Shown: positions 1 to 12,990, counted from the first letter of the whole stretch. The stretch: DNA of 63,810 bases, filler included, from Chiloscyllium plagiosum (GCF_004010195.1; 3 parts of one record of this genome joined end to end with filler, not necessarily neighbours in it); one strand, 5' to 3'. Made by a program: numbers and translations. The notes: generated from the letters alone by a model not told the origin.

Positions 1-937
1 AAAGAAAATTTAACTATGCAATAAGGCACAAGCGATGCAACTGAAGATCCTACACAGGGCCCATATGGCGCCAGAGAGGCTGGCAAAGTTTAAGAAAGGA
101 TCTTCCCCAAAATGTCCCAAATGTAAAAACAGTATTGGAACCCATTCACATTGCTTTTGGTCCTGTTACAAGATCCGCATTTACTGGGGGGGCCATATTG
201 AAAGAGTTGGAGAGGATCCTGGGAATTGAAGTTAGGGAGGATCTGGGGTCCCTCATTTTTGGGACTACCGAATCTTCCCTCTTTGGGTGAGCACAGGAAG
301 AGGTTATTCAACATTCTTATACTCTGTGCAAGGAAGAACATCCTCATGATTTGGATATCAGAAAAGCCTCCAGGTCTTGCAGGGTGGCACAGACTTGTGA
401 TGGAGCACGCCTCTCAAGGTTACCTGACAAGTATGGTGCACCACGGAATGGAGTGATTTTATAAGATACAGTGACCCTTTCTAAATTACATAGATATGGA
501 TCTGTCGGTGGTACTGATTAGGGCTTTTATATAGCCATGGGGCTGTATATGGTGGTCTGGGAGGGCAGGGGGGTGGGTGCGGGGAAGGCCTCGTAAATAC
601 AGGTATAATAACTGTTGGTTCCGTGGACAGGGGTCTTGGTGGAGGTGTGGCAAGTGGAGTAATGTAATATTGTACAATGTAGTGTAATTTAATTTTAGTG
701 GATTGTAACTTAATTTAATGTTATTTTATTTAATTTGAGTTTCTGCTAATTTGAGTTAAGTAAATATGAGACGACTGGATCTTGAAGAATAGCAGGCAGT
801 TTACTGTCAACATTACTGTAATAAAACTTAATAGTACGATATTATTTCTACTTTTCTGTACTTTTGAACTTTTATACTTTTTTGGGTTTTTTTGTAAAAG
901 AGTGGAAATTTTTTTCAATAAATATATACATAAAAAC
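1..937 (+). mobile_element. 3' end of an L1/Tx1-clade non-LTR retrotransposon (frameshifted ORF2 C-terminus with CCHC zinc knuckle, 3' UTR, polyA signal and A-rich tail)
   Basis: ORF 35-229 has CPKC...HCFWSCYKIRIYW (L1 ORF2 zinc-finger motif). It continues frameshifted in 226-456 (ARKNILMIW...). AATAAA at ~917 is followed by an A-rich end. Confidence 0.8.
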
Positions 938-959
938 ATCCTCTAAAGTACTCCCAGTG

Positions 960-1450
960 TATAATGAGGAGACAAAAACTACACATGGTGTTCAAGATGT
1001 AGTCTCACCCAACACCCTGTGCAGCTAAAGCATTGCGTTCTTATTTTTAGAAAGAATAGCATCCCATTTTCTTTCTTGATTATGTTCTAAATTTGAATAT
1101 TAACTTTTTGTGAACATGCCCAAGAACGTCTGAATCCCTCTGCACCTTGGAATTCTGCAGTCATTCTCTGTTTTACTAATGCTCTGCCTTTTTTTTGTAC
1201 TTGCTGCCAAAGTGAACAGCTTCACATTTTCCCACATTATACTCTACCTGCAAGATTTTTCTCCACTCATACAATCTATCTACATCTGCCTCTGCCTCTG
1301 ACTTCCCCCTCAAAGTCTTCTTCGCAACATACTTTCCTACCTATCTTGGTGTCATCTGCAAATTTAGTTATCATGCCTTTGCTCCCGATTGGTGCAAATT
1401 GTAAAAAGTTGAGACTCCAGCACAAACTCCTGTTGGACTTCACTTGTCAC
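960..1450 (-). mobile_element. Degenerate CR1 LINE RT fragment
   Basis: Reverse complements of CR1 RT motifs (tgtcatctgcaaattt = KFADD; cacattttcccacatt), as in other CR1 copies in the window. Confidence 0.6.
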
Positions 1451-1527
1451 TGTCAAATAAATGTTTCGTCAGACGATAGTATTCTTGTTTCACACACAGT
1501 GCCATTATTACTTGCAATGTAAGAGAC

Positions 1528-1749
1528 GCAGAGCTGAAAATGTGTGGCTGGAAAAGCGCAGCAGGTCAGGCAGCATCCAGGGAACAGGAGAATCGACGTT
1601 TCGGGCATAAGCCCTTCTTCATTCCTGAAGAAGGGCTTATGCCCGAAATGTCGATTCTCCTGTTCCCTGGATGCTGCCTGACCTGCTGCGCTTTTCCAGC
1701 AACACATTTTCAGCTCTGATCTCCAGCATCTGCAGACCTCACTTTCTCC
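1528..1749. mobile_element. Penelope-like element 3' end as a fold-back (92-bp inverted arms 1529-1620 / 1627-1718) with 11-bp TSD
   Basis: Arms are near-perfect reverse complements. ATGTAAGAGAC flanks it at 1517-1527 and 1750-1760. The sequence matches the terminus of the GIY-YIG-bearing copy at 15949-16509. Confidence 0.8.
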
Positions 1750-2179
1750 ATGTAAGAGACTCAACCTTACAAGGGACAAAAGTTGTCCTTGCCCAGAGAG
1801 TCTGCCTTTCGATGGTTGCAATCATATTTTTATACACAAATCCACGTCAATCACATATCAGTTTCTTCTTATTGGTCAATTACATATAGATTTTTGAATC
1901 TTGGCAACACAATAGACCAATCCTATTCTGCTTTGGTTACGCCCCACTTGAGATGAGGGTTTTTGCCTTAGACTCCCGCCACAGAAGTTAAATGTTGTTC
2001 ACAGCTTCCTCTTTGCTTAATATGGAGCAAGCTTCAGTTTGCTATGTGTCTAACTGCTCAACTCCTAGCTTTTACATGGAACAATTTGTGGTAAGTGCTG
2101 CTCCACACGTATCTGGTTTTGAACCTATCTGTCTTGTTTCAATTGTATTTGTTTTATTTTAACCCCTTCCACATCACAT

Positions 2180-2410
2180 CCTGCCAATCAAAAGGAAATT
2201 CAGGAGGAACTTCATGATCCAGAAACTGAAAAGAATGTGGAATTTGCTGCTGCAAGAAGTAATTGATGTGAATAGCGTTGATGTGTTTAGGTGAACCTAA
2301 AGAAGTTCACAAGGGGGACAGGCTCAGATGAACAGGAATGGTGGAGGGCTTGCATGGGTCATTAATGCTGACATAGACTAGTTAGACTACATGACCCTAT
2401 TTCTGTGTTA
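2180..2410 (+). mobile_element. Old CR1 3' end fragment
   Basis: Degenerate match to the CR1 3' end (aggaacttc...agaatgtggaatttgctg...) and 3' UTR. Confidence 0.5.
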
Positions 2411-5400
2411 TACAATTGTATTGCATAATTTTGTGTAAGAGGGAATGGATCATAGCAAAGGAACATGCATGTGTGCTATGAGTCATGTAGTGTCATACAT
2501 TGAGAACTATTTCCCAGCTGGACCGCTAACCAAAGGTACCAGTTGGAAGTAGGGGTACTTCAATGAATTTGTATACTCAAAATCATAGATGTTTGAAGTA
2601 AAAAGCGAAATTCATAAGGCAACTGACAGATCACTTTTTGACTAACTCTGCACAGGGTCACATCTGCTCCATCAAATGTAAGTGAATGAATTGAGAAAAC
2701 AGCATCCTTTGGAGGCATTATAATAATGGATCAATCACCTTGCAGTGTAGAAAGAAGAAACGACAGCCAAGTGGTCAAGTTTCATTTTTATCAAACACTA
2801 GCATATCTGATAGATTTCTACAACAGCGTTCACTTTTATATCTTTATACTTACTTTTGTTATTTTATGTTTATCCTATATGTGTAGAATTTATTAATGTC
2901 TTGAGATGTCTATATGAATTTGATTGACATTTTTGAAATGGCTGCAGTCAGTGACTCTCTTTTCTTTATGCTATGTTATGTCCTGTATATTATTGAGACC
3001 TACGTGCACAGGTGTGTATGTGTGTTTTTGCATTGTCTTGTGTAGCATGCATCCTTATCAGTGTCACACTTGCTTCCTCTAGCACGTCTCCTGTTGCACA
3101 TTGTTATAACATAATATAACCACAACTCACTAGACAACAACCAGGGACACCTGCTACCATTATATTGCCATTAGAGGTGTACAGCTTTCTTATTACAGTA
3201 TTACTGATTTATTTCGACCCCACGTAAGTTGACATTCTGCCTTTGTTAACCACACCATAAGAACCTGATCCATTTTACTCTTTACCTTTGCAATCTACAC
3301 CTCGCTATCCCAACATCAACAAAACAGGATAAGTTAAGAAGCATTTTTCTTCCCGTCTCAGTGCCTTGTATTTGAAGCAGCCCACATATTTTGACATCTT
3401 TGGCATTTAATGTTTCAAACAAAAAATAATTTTAAAAAACATGCACAAACCAATAAGTTGCAGTTTACTTTTCTTCCTCCCCAAATTAATGTAGGTGTAG
3501 AGTACTTGCTTAAGTAAAAGTGTAGGTTTGTAGAGTCATGCATAAACACGTGTTCCACCACCGTCTTAAATCAGCAATGTCGACAATGTTATGTCAACAA
3601 CATTTACATGGGCTTGGAGGTGTCGAAAGAAAGGATAGTACTGTACTTCAATTCACACCAAACTCAAGTAGATATATCTGTCAGGACACACGTTGATCAT
3701 TCTTTATTTTTGTATTTGCGGTAAGATACTTAGAATTCCCAATCATACTTTATCCTTCATTTAACACCAGACAGAAAGGAGGGTAAATAGAAAAATGAAC
3801 AAGACCGTGCAGCTTTTCTGCAACTTGCAGTATTTCATTCAAAACAGCCTCTTACTTTTGTTCCTTTTAATAATTATTTGGCAGCCATGGAAATTTGTTC
3901 ATGCTGTAGAAATCCCTTGGGGGGACAAAAAAAAGACAGCATCCAATTAGCAGCAGATTAACCTACTTCATTCTGAAGTTTTTTTTTAACATAAAATTCT
4001 TACTTCTGGACAATCAGAAAAGCATGTTGAACGTTGTTGAAATGCCTGCCTGGATCACTTGTCTGATTGTGCATTTAGCAGCTGTAAAGGGAAATGTATG
4101 TGGGGGAGTGGGGTTAGTTGGGGGTTGGGTAAGTGGTAGCAGAGCAGGTGACTGTGACCGAAATCCCAAATGGATGTCTAGGAAAGGGCCATCAAGCCTG
4201 CCGCACACAACGTCTATCCTGGATGTTCGTGCTTGAACACCTTGTACAATGCCCGCTTTCCCTGACTGTAATTCTGCCCCCACCAAACCCACTTCCCTAA
4301 CCCCTGCAGGGAAATATAGGGTCGCTGAGGGAATGAATATGTTGGAAAATTCCTCTCACGTGATTGAAAAAGTCCAGGAGATCACATAGACTATCTAAAG
4401 AGATGTTATTCAAAATACTAAGTTGGAAACAATGCTGCCACATTGCCTGTTACTTCCCTTGGGTGGGTGAGGGGAGGGTACCACTGACCCAACTTTGTAG
4501 CTGATACTGAATTAGGCAGAAGCTATGCAACCAACCACAGGCGAGTAGCCAATCTACTTACTTATTTATCACCCAAGTTAGAGAAGGTTTGAGGACCACA
4601 CTGGGGTCCTCTCAGACATCAAAGCCCAGCAAGTCACCTAATAAAACTTGCCAGTAGTTTCCCTGGAGGCAGGGAGCCAATTGAAATCTCTTTTACGCCC
4701 CAGTCCCCCTGTAGCCACAGGAAGCATTGGGCCGCAGTCGTGTCCTCACATTGATCTGTATGTTGGGTTGTCCCATCCAGACTGATGGCCGGTATCCATG
4801 CTTTTGGTTCCTTTTTTTTAAGTAAAGCTGAAACCTGTTCAAAGGACTCTTCTCCCCCCCCCCGCGCCCCACACACTCCCAGAGTGGATGCACACGGCTC
4901 TGGCAACAGGACCGCCATCCTTCCTGGGCAGCGAGCCCTCTGACTGGACCCAAAACCTTAGGAGCACCTTGGCTTTATTGGCAAGTTAGGGGATAAGGCT
5001 GATACTGACACTGTGGTGTTCACAGCCAGAGGTGATCACCACAACTTGGGATCATTTTCACAATTTCATCCCTCGAGCTGGTAACTGAGGTTCTTACTGC
5101 TAATTCACAAACCGATGAATGGTAGGTCAGTACTCCCGTTGTTCTCAAGTGGGACCAAGATGGGGCTGAGCGCGGGCTGGCCTCTCAGGCTTGTGTCTAG
5201 AATCATGAGCAAAGAATGTCCATCGATTGAGGTTCTAAAGTTCTGTAGAATCCATGAAGTTGAATCCCTGCAAGTGTGCCATTGTTTTCAGGATGACCCC
5301 TGAGTCAACGGGGATAAAGACCAAACTGGTACAATAACAGAAAGTGCTGGAGAAACTTATCAAGTTTAGCAGGACCAAAAGCAGAGAAAAAACCAAAAGA

Positions 5401-5605
5401 GACAAAAGTAGAGTCCAGTGATTCTTCATCAGAACAATTGTGATTTTATGGAGTGTTATCAAGAAAGAGATATGAAATGGTATTGAAGTCAGATGGTCAT
5501 GTCTACAATAGCTTTCATTTGTACAGTCTCATATTAACATACCCCTAAGTGTTTAATAAGAACCATTGTCATAGATGAATTGACACCAGGCCATATAAGG
5601 AGGTA

Positions 5606-5958
5606 CAGTAGCGCCTCGACATAAGAAACAACCCCGATCACGTACAAATCAGTTTACGAACAGGATTGTACGTAAACTTTTGCTTCAATGTACGTACGAA
5701 ATTCAAGGTACGAACGCAAAAAGCCCGTGTGCGACCACGTGGTTTCATTGTTCTGCTTTGCTACGCACTTATTGAACACAAAAGCTCACGGGCCCCGCAT
5801 GAGCTCATTCAGTTCGTCTTTGGCGCGTGCGCTGTGAACAGCCGTCCAAGCTCTCTTGCACTATCTGAACAATGGGAAAAATTGATTCAGTTTGCGAACT
5901 TTTCGGTTCGCGAACCGGGTCCCGGAACGGATTAAGTTCGTAAGTCAAGGTGCTACTG
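5606..5958. mobile_element. Non-autonomous Tc1/mariner-superfamily (Tigger/pogo-like) MITE
   Basis: Left TIR CAGTAGCGCCTCGACATAAGAA; right end reverse complement CAGTAGCACCTTGACTTACGAA. TA at 5604-5605 and 5959-5960. CpG-rich interior. Confidence 0.85.
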
Positions 5959-6174
5959 TACTAGAAATTTAAACAAAGAAAAATACTCAGGCAGGCATTC
6001 CATGTGGAGAGAAAAGAACACAGTTGATATTTCATGCTGATAACTTTTCATCAGGACTGGAGAAAAAGGCAAATGGTTTTAAGCATGTATTGGAGGCAAG
6101 GAAAAGTAGGGAGAGTGAGAAAAGAACACAAGGGAAGTCGTGATGAGGTAAAAGGCAGGAAAGGTTAAATGGCA

Positions 6175-6746
6175 AAAGGACATTGGTTAGGCCACTGTTG
6201 AAATATTGCGTGCAATTCTGGGCTCCTTCCTATCAGAAGGATGTTGTGAAACTTGAAAGGGTTCAGAAAAGATTCACGAGGATGTTGCCAGGGTTGGAGG
6301 GTTTGAGCTATAGGGAGAGGCTGAATAGGCTGGGGCTGATTTCCCTGAAGCGTTGGAGGCTGAGGGGTGACCTTACAGAGGTTTATAAAATCATGAGGGG
6401 AATGGATAGAATAAATAGACAAAGTCTTTTCGCTGGGGTGGGGGAGTCCAGACCAGCGGGTGTAGCTTTAGGGTGAGAGCGGAAAGATATGAAAGAGACC
6501 TAAGGGGCAACCTTTTGACACAGAGGGTGGTAAGTATATGGAATGAGCTGCCAGAGGAAGTGGTGGAGGCTAGTACAATTGCAACATTTAAAAGGCATCT
6601 GGATGGGTATATGAATTGGAAGGGTTTGGAGGGATATGGGCCATATGCTGGCAAGTGGGACTAGATTAGGTTGAGTTATCTGGTTGGCATGGACGAGTTG
6701 GACAGAGATGTCTGTTTCCGTGCTTTACATCTCTATGACACTATGA
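6175..6746 (+). mobile_element. CR1 (HER1-type) LINE 3' end, 5'-truncated
   Basis: ORF VRPLLKYCVQFWAP...LERVQKRFTRMLPGL...RLRGDL, then FTQRVV..WNELP, ending in a ctctatga-type tail repeat. Confidence 0.92.
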
Positions 6747-6816
6747 ATGATGGGAAGCAAAAGGGGATGGTAATGGGACAAGTAACTAAACAGTGACCCT
6801 GACAGAGGCATGAATC

Positions 6817-7165
6817 ATTGAATCCCTATGGTGTGTACGCAGCTCATTCTGCCTATCAAGTTCACACTGACGCTTCGAGGGCATCCCACCCTGCCTACCC
6901 TATTCCTGTAACCCTGCATTTCCCATGGCTAACCTATCTAGCCTGCACATCCCTGGACACTACGGGCAATTCACCATGGCCAGTCCACCTAACCTGCACA
7001 TCTTTGGACCTTGGGAGGAAACCAGAGCACCTGGAGATACCACACAGAGACATGGGGAAAAAGTGCAAACTCCACACAGACAGTTTCCCGAGGGTTGAAA
7101 ATGAATCGAACCCAGGTCCCTGGCATCGTGAGGCAGCAGTGCTAGCCACTGACCAACTGTACTGC
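6817..7165 (-). mobile_element. HE1-type tRNA-derived SINE (V-SINE)
   Basis: Reverse complement of the tRNA head (tggctagcactgctgcctcac...ggttcgattc) and V-domain (tgtgtggagtttgcac...). Confidence 0.85.
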
Positions 7166-7850
7166 CCTGGCATTGGTATTAGCAGGGTCAACACTGCTGT
7201 CTGAAAACAATGGGAGCTGTAGTTAAGATCTGAAATCGTTGAGCTGAAATGTTTTATCTTGAAGTGTATCAACATACAGTTCCACAAGTTAGCGTTGAGC
7301 TTCATTGGAGCATTGCAGGTTTCCAGTACAGACAGGTCAGAATGTGAACCCAATGGGAGAGACCAAAAACATGGTCAGAGTAGTTATTTTCAAGGAGCAT
7401 TTTAAAGGAGGGCAGAGAGGTGTGTATGCTCAGGAAGGGATATCCAGACTCTGGAGACTCATACGGGTGAAAGTACAAACACCAAAAACGGAGCAAAGAA
7501 AGTTTGGGATGTTCCAGAGGCCAGAGTAAGTTTAGACAAGACTTAAAGGCTTGGATGAGAACATGCAAGTAAGACTGAGTATTTATCACCTGTAAGCATT
7601 CCAGGTGAATATAATGTGTACAACATTCACCCTCCCTCGTAAGCTGCAAAATAATTTCATGTGAATTGTTCTGGCAAGTGCAGTCCCATTTAAGTTGATG
7701 TAGTTTCTTTAGCAATATGTGTCAAAACCAAGCCAGTCACTCATAAAGGTATAATATCCAGGTGTATTTGACAGATGCATTAACCAACTATCTCATGCAC
7801 TTTCACAATATGCAACCCTCATTAAATCAATGCTTTTTGTTTTGTTCTAG

Positions 7851-8247
7851 GCATGTTCCTGGAGAGCCGGATGATTATCATCTTCGAGGCCCCTATGGTG
7901 ATCGAGAGCCACACAGGTACCTGGGAGCCCAGCATCACGCTGCAGGATATCGACATCTAGGGAATTATCCCCGGAACGCTGCCGACAGCCGGTTGGACCC
8001 CAGGATCCCAGACTACTTGAGCAGTGCCAGACTACGGGAGGCTGTGTACAATCTCCCAACCCAGTACAAGGGACCCCACAGGCATGATGTGCCTCCATCC
8101 CCGACGCAAACTTTTAAAATGCCTCGCCATCATGACCAGGGCAAGACAACATACAGGGAGAGCAGCCCAGACGGATACAGGTACCCCTATGAGGATGGCC
8201 GGTATCAAGATCCCAGGCAAAAGAATGGCATGACAGCAGCTGTCTAG
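7851..8247 (+). CDS. PARD3B: Terminal coding exon of partitioning defective 3 homolog B (Par-3 family polarity scaffold)
   Basis: Polypyrimidine tract plus AG at 7849-7850 (phase 2). Translation ...HDVPPSP...ESSPDGYRYPYEDGRYQDPRQKNGMTAAV* resembles the recalled PARD3B C-terminus (DVPPSP...RQKNPMTAAV). TAG at 8245-8247. Confidence 0.88.
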
Positions 8248-11200
8248 CCAAGAGTTGGTACAAGGACATTGTGTAACAGCACAAAGGGAGTACATGAACA
8301 GATGTGGTATTCCACTACTGGTCTTCAACCCTATCTTGCAGAGGAGATAAATCTGCTTTACTGTATTCTCCACCTGAATTCAACTAAGTTTTATTCTGAT
8401 ATGATTTATGAAAGAATGGCCCTTCCCTCCAGTCAGATCATTCTGATCGTTTTGCATCGCTTGATGAATAGTTATGTGTTGGTAATCAAGTTTGCTGATA
8501 GATCATTCAGCTGCCTTTATTGTGATCAGGTTTACAGATAACGCCCACAAGAAAAGTTGACTGAGCCTGCACTGAGGGAACATTTTCCCCAGTAAGGAGC
8601 CACAGATCTTTTCCTGGTAAACCTGCAGTAAAGATAACATTACTTGTTAATCCTCTTTGCGAATTTTATCATGTAGTCAGAACAGTGACTCGACAAGGGA
8701 ATTGAAGTCCCAAGTATTAAATTTAATAAAGCACAACTTTATAAAGGAATAAAATATTCCAGGGTAGGAATTTAATTGCAAGCTTCACATGCATTTATAA
8801 ACCAGCAAAGGGGTATAATCGGAACCCTTGATTCAGTCATCAGCAATGCATCCATTCCTACCTATTCTCCATGTAATTGTGTTGTGAATGTTTATACATG
8901 GTAGTGAAGCTCTGAGTGCCAAATTGAGGCTGACAAGACCTACAGAATGAAGAAGAACTTTCCAGAACCATCATGGTACAGGCTCTACCACCATGATGAT
9001 TATCTTACCTCTGTTTCCTAAGGTATAAGCCAGCACAAACCATGACAAATGCACTTAGCATTAATGAGCAGCGTAGTCAGTGCGATGATTGGGAAATGCT
9101 TATTGTTAATCCAGCTATATTACAGCAGCACGTACCATTATAGTATAATTTCACAAGAAAGCAGTTTCCATTCATTGGTAACACCATGAGTTTAAAGTCC
9201 TTCTTGTGTCTCTTCCTCATGACATCATTCCCCATTCTATTCAGCCTCAGCTGTTCTATTATCTCTCCGTGGACTAGCAATAATTTCCCTTTTAATATGT
9301 CAAAACTCTTCCAATATCTGGTTATTAGCAAGATATAATTTGTGATTTCAGATCAAGAAGCTAGTCTCCAAGCTTGCTCTCGACTTGCTAAGCAATGTCA
9401 TTTAGCGTGTTTCAGAGAATTATCAGCCTCCTGTCACCATCTAATGATGTCATACAGCTGGCTTAAAATATATAAGAAGACTATAAATGTCAGTTTAAGA
9501 GGGCTTTTGTAATTAAATTTAATTAAAAATGGGTTTTCATCAGTAATTAAATAGAAAATGTGTTTCCCTGTCTTAATAAGCATTCTGTGCTCTCGAGAGA
9601 AAGTAAATGAACTCCCAGATCTCCATGTAATTTCAGTTGGTGTCAAGTTGGGTAACATTAAGATCTGGTGGCATCATTGTTTAATGGCTTAAGTGAGCTT
9701 TATGCAGTGTTACTGAGACTTACTGGTGGGATCTTCTGAATTTGTATGGGCCGAGTAAGCTGACCTCAGTTTGAGTTGTTCCAGATTATGTCTGGACATG
9801 TGGGATTGGGAGTGATGAGGGGGCTAAACAGGGATCAGCCAAACATCCTGCTACTTGGAGGTTACCCAGCTGTCCTCTGCTCCCTTTCACTCTCTCAGCC
9901 CAGTGCCATGATTGATTTGGGTAGAACAGATTTGATTAAGGCTCTCCCTCCCTATACCAATCATCCCTCCCCTGGCCCCATGGTCAATAGTGCTCCATCA
10001 TTCACAGTATAGCCACTGAGGCAGGGTGAAAGGTGCCTGTGGCAAACTTACCAGGCAGAAAAACGGAAGGAGGAGAATGCTCTCCAACCTACTCCTTCTG
10101 CAGTTGATGACTGCTGTCAGTAATTTTCAAAGAATCCACTTGAGAATTTATTCCCACTGGCCCATTGCACAGGTTTCCATGACAGTTTTACAAGCCTTTG
10201 AATCTTACACCAATGGAACAATTTACGCCATGAGAAGCTTTCACTGTATGATTGGATATTGTTTTATGATGAGCCAGGCAGCCCTGATTAACTAGGAGTC
10301 CATTGCTCATGGTTACAAAATTCTGCAATGTCAGTGAGGTGATTTTCCACAGTGAGATCATGAGTTAAACTGCATCAAAAGAGAGAGAAGGTTGTAATCA
10401 GTGTGGCTACTTTGAATGGAGTTCACATATGTACATTAGCTTGTGACATTGTCGTATTTAGGAGTAAGCCTCTCAAGCTTGTTTCACCAGTGTTAATGGC
10501 CATGAACTTTATTCAACATCACTTTACCCATGTTTACTACAGCTGTCTTATCTTAATCTTAAATGTTGACATCAATCTCCCCTTTAGTCACTGAATACAG
10601 CTTTAAAAAAAAATCCAAATGCAGGGGACAAAGACTGAACCCCAGTGCCTCATGTGTCGAAAGCACATACCCGACCATTTTGGGTATCCATATCCTCACG
10701 TTTGGTGACCCAAGGCTATGAGACCTGAACTGAAGGACAAGCTGAAACCTTGGTTACATTGCCAGATGCAAGTGATGCCACGTGCAGCTGCTCACTTTTC
10801 CCTTTCTAAGCCACTAGTATTTTTGAAGCTCTGCAGGTTTTGGCCGTGACTTTGTTGCCTGTGTGACAACTTGGTGCTGGAACACCCAGTTGAAGCATCT
10901 GGCCAAGTTCTCCTCAGTTGAGTATTCAAAATTGAAGTGCTGAAGATAATTGCAGAGAATAACGGACAGTCAAGAGCAACCAATAGGCTGTACACTTTAT
11001 CAAGGGGTTAAAATGTGTTCTGCATTGAAGGATTGACTTTTTTACAGTGTTTACCAGTAATTGTTGAATCTATGTACACAGAAGTTTTGAACGAAGGGTT
11101 CTGCCCAGAATATCAACCTAATCTTTCTTCCTACAGATGTTGAGTGCCTGCCATTTTTGTTAAAGTTAAGGTGAAGAACGATGGATAAGCCTGAGTAATT

Positions 11201-11260
11201 GCAAATCTAACAGTTTCATTTGATAGTTTAATAAATGTATATAATCTGAGATACCTCTCA
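8248..11260 (+). other. PARD3B: Putative PARD3B 3' UTR with several polyA signals
   Basis: Mostly free of young repeats. AATAAA at 8725-8730, 8748-8753 and 11230-11235. The true end is inferred. Confidence 0.5.
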
Positions 11261-12239
11261 GTGTAACCATTGCTAATCATTTTTATATCACTTCTGGATA
11301 TCCATTGTTTGTCATTTTATTAAAGGATTGGAAACAGCTACTGAACCATGATAATGGTGCCTGAGCACCTACTGAAATTCTGTACTGGAACTTGCAGATA
11401 ACAATTAAAATGTTAACAACAACAGTAAGAAGTACTGGAGTGTTTCAGCAACAGAACCAGAGATGGAATGGGATGACAGATCATCTTCCTTTAGCCAGAA
11501 TTGACTTTGAGACTATTTCTCCAAGCTTTTGTGTGCTTCTACTTCCTCTTTTATAAACATTTATTATCAATTAACAGACTGGGTTATTTGTTCCACACAC
11601 ATGCTCACATGTAATTACTTTCACATGGACCATGTACAGTTCATTCTGTTTGGGTACTATGCGGTTAATCTCCATAAATTCTCATGGATATGCCAGGCAA
11701 TGACATCTTTCAGATGCAGCGTTCCTTAACTGGCCTTTCACAGAGCTAGGTTCACAAACATTGCCTCTGTACCACCAACAGTCTGCCAATTAAAAATATA
11801 ATTTCTTTCTAAAAGTTTTCTTTTATTAATGTCAAGCAGAGTCGCATCCCTGCCAGCCCAGCAGGACACCCACTTAACTGCAGACAGCTCAGCAGACTGT
11901 AAATAATACATTTCTTCCAATCACACCTCTCTGGTCTGACCCCAAGTCCCAGGAGGTGTTTTGAGACGGTGACACACGTGATTGGTTCCCGATCTTGCCT
12001 GTCTGTCCAATTGCACTGGAAGATGACAGGTGAGAAGCCTTCGGGAGCGACTTTATATTTTAAAGAACACATAGATGGGAAAAGGGGTAGGTGAAGCAGC
12101 AGGTAAAATCCTTTGCTAAATCTGCATTTACTACCCGGGCACTTGTTTAGCTGCAACAGAATCCCCATCAACCTCATCCCCAATCTCCTGACCCACCAAG
12201 AACATAGAGTGATTGCCACTCACATGAGTTAATCTTTCT

Positions 12240-12545
12240 GATGAGGCATTAAACCAAAGTCTTTCAAGTGGATGGAGAAGTTCCAATGACACTAGTTTGA
12301 AAAAGAGCAGGGGAGTTCTCAGCAGAGTTCATGCCAATATTTATTTTGCCATCAACATGACAAAAAAAATTAAACCTTCTGGTTATTCTCATATTGGTAC
12401 TTGAGAGAGCTTTCTCTATACAAATTGGCTGTTGCATTTCTGGCATTGCTAAAGAATATATTTAAAAGTGCTTCATGGTTTCTGATGTAATTTGGAATGT
12501 CTTGAAGTCAGGAATGATGCTGCAGAAATGCAACTCTATTGTTCT
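12240..12545 (+). mobile_element. DeuSINE-type (SacSINE1-like) SINE
   Basis: gaaaaagagcaggggagttctc...caaattggctgttgcatttc...aaatgcaa matches the Deu-domain SINE body and tail. Confidence 0.7.
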
Positions 12546-12734
12546 TTTCCATATACTCCACTACACATGTCAATAGAATATGATTTTAATCTTTTCTCAG
12601 CATAGCTGTGCTTGGTGTAGTCAAAGGTTGTCAAGTTAACTTTGTGAACCAGTCACGTACGCATTGATTTTGTTCTTTATTCTTCTGATTTCAGCAAGTA
12701 GAGAAGATAATTTTCTTCACTTATTTAAATGATA

Positions 12735-12990
12735 GACGTATTGTTGGCCATTCCTACTTTCCCTTGAGAAGGTGGTAGTGAGCTGCCAGGTTGCATGGGG
12801 TAGGGAGAGAATTAAGTACACCCACAAAGCTGTTAAAGGGGTTGGAGGGAGAATTAGATACACCCAAAAAGCTGTTCCAAAGAGAGTTCCAGAATATTTG
12901 ACCCAATGATAATAGGGACAGTGATATATTTCCAAGTCAGGATGCTGCGTGGCTTGAAGGGGAATTTGCAGGTGGTGGTTTCCACATGGT
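12735..12990 (-). mobile_element. 3' fragment of the LINE family seen at 54481-57795, with an internal ~33-bp tandem duplication
   Basis: cccttgagaaggtggtagtgagctgcc is the reverse complement of that family's 3' end. agggagagaattaagtacacccacaaagctgtt is duplicated within ~12803-12876. Confidence 0.6.

Noticed and set aside
1527..1760. Palindromes as miRNA genes or TIR DNA transposons
   Set aside because: The arms match the terminus of the GIY-YIG Penelope copy, are asymmetric, and have variable 11-16-bp TSDs, which fits retroelement ends.
7762..7850. N-terminal part of the 161-aa ORF as coding sequence
   Set aside because: It is read-through into the intron upstream of the acceptor at 7849-7850.
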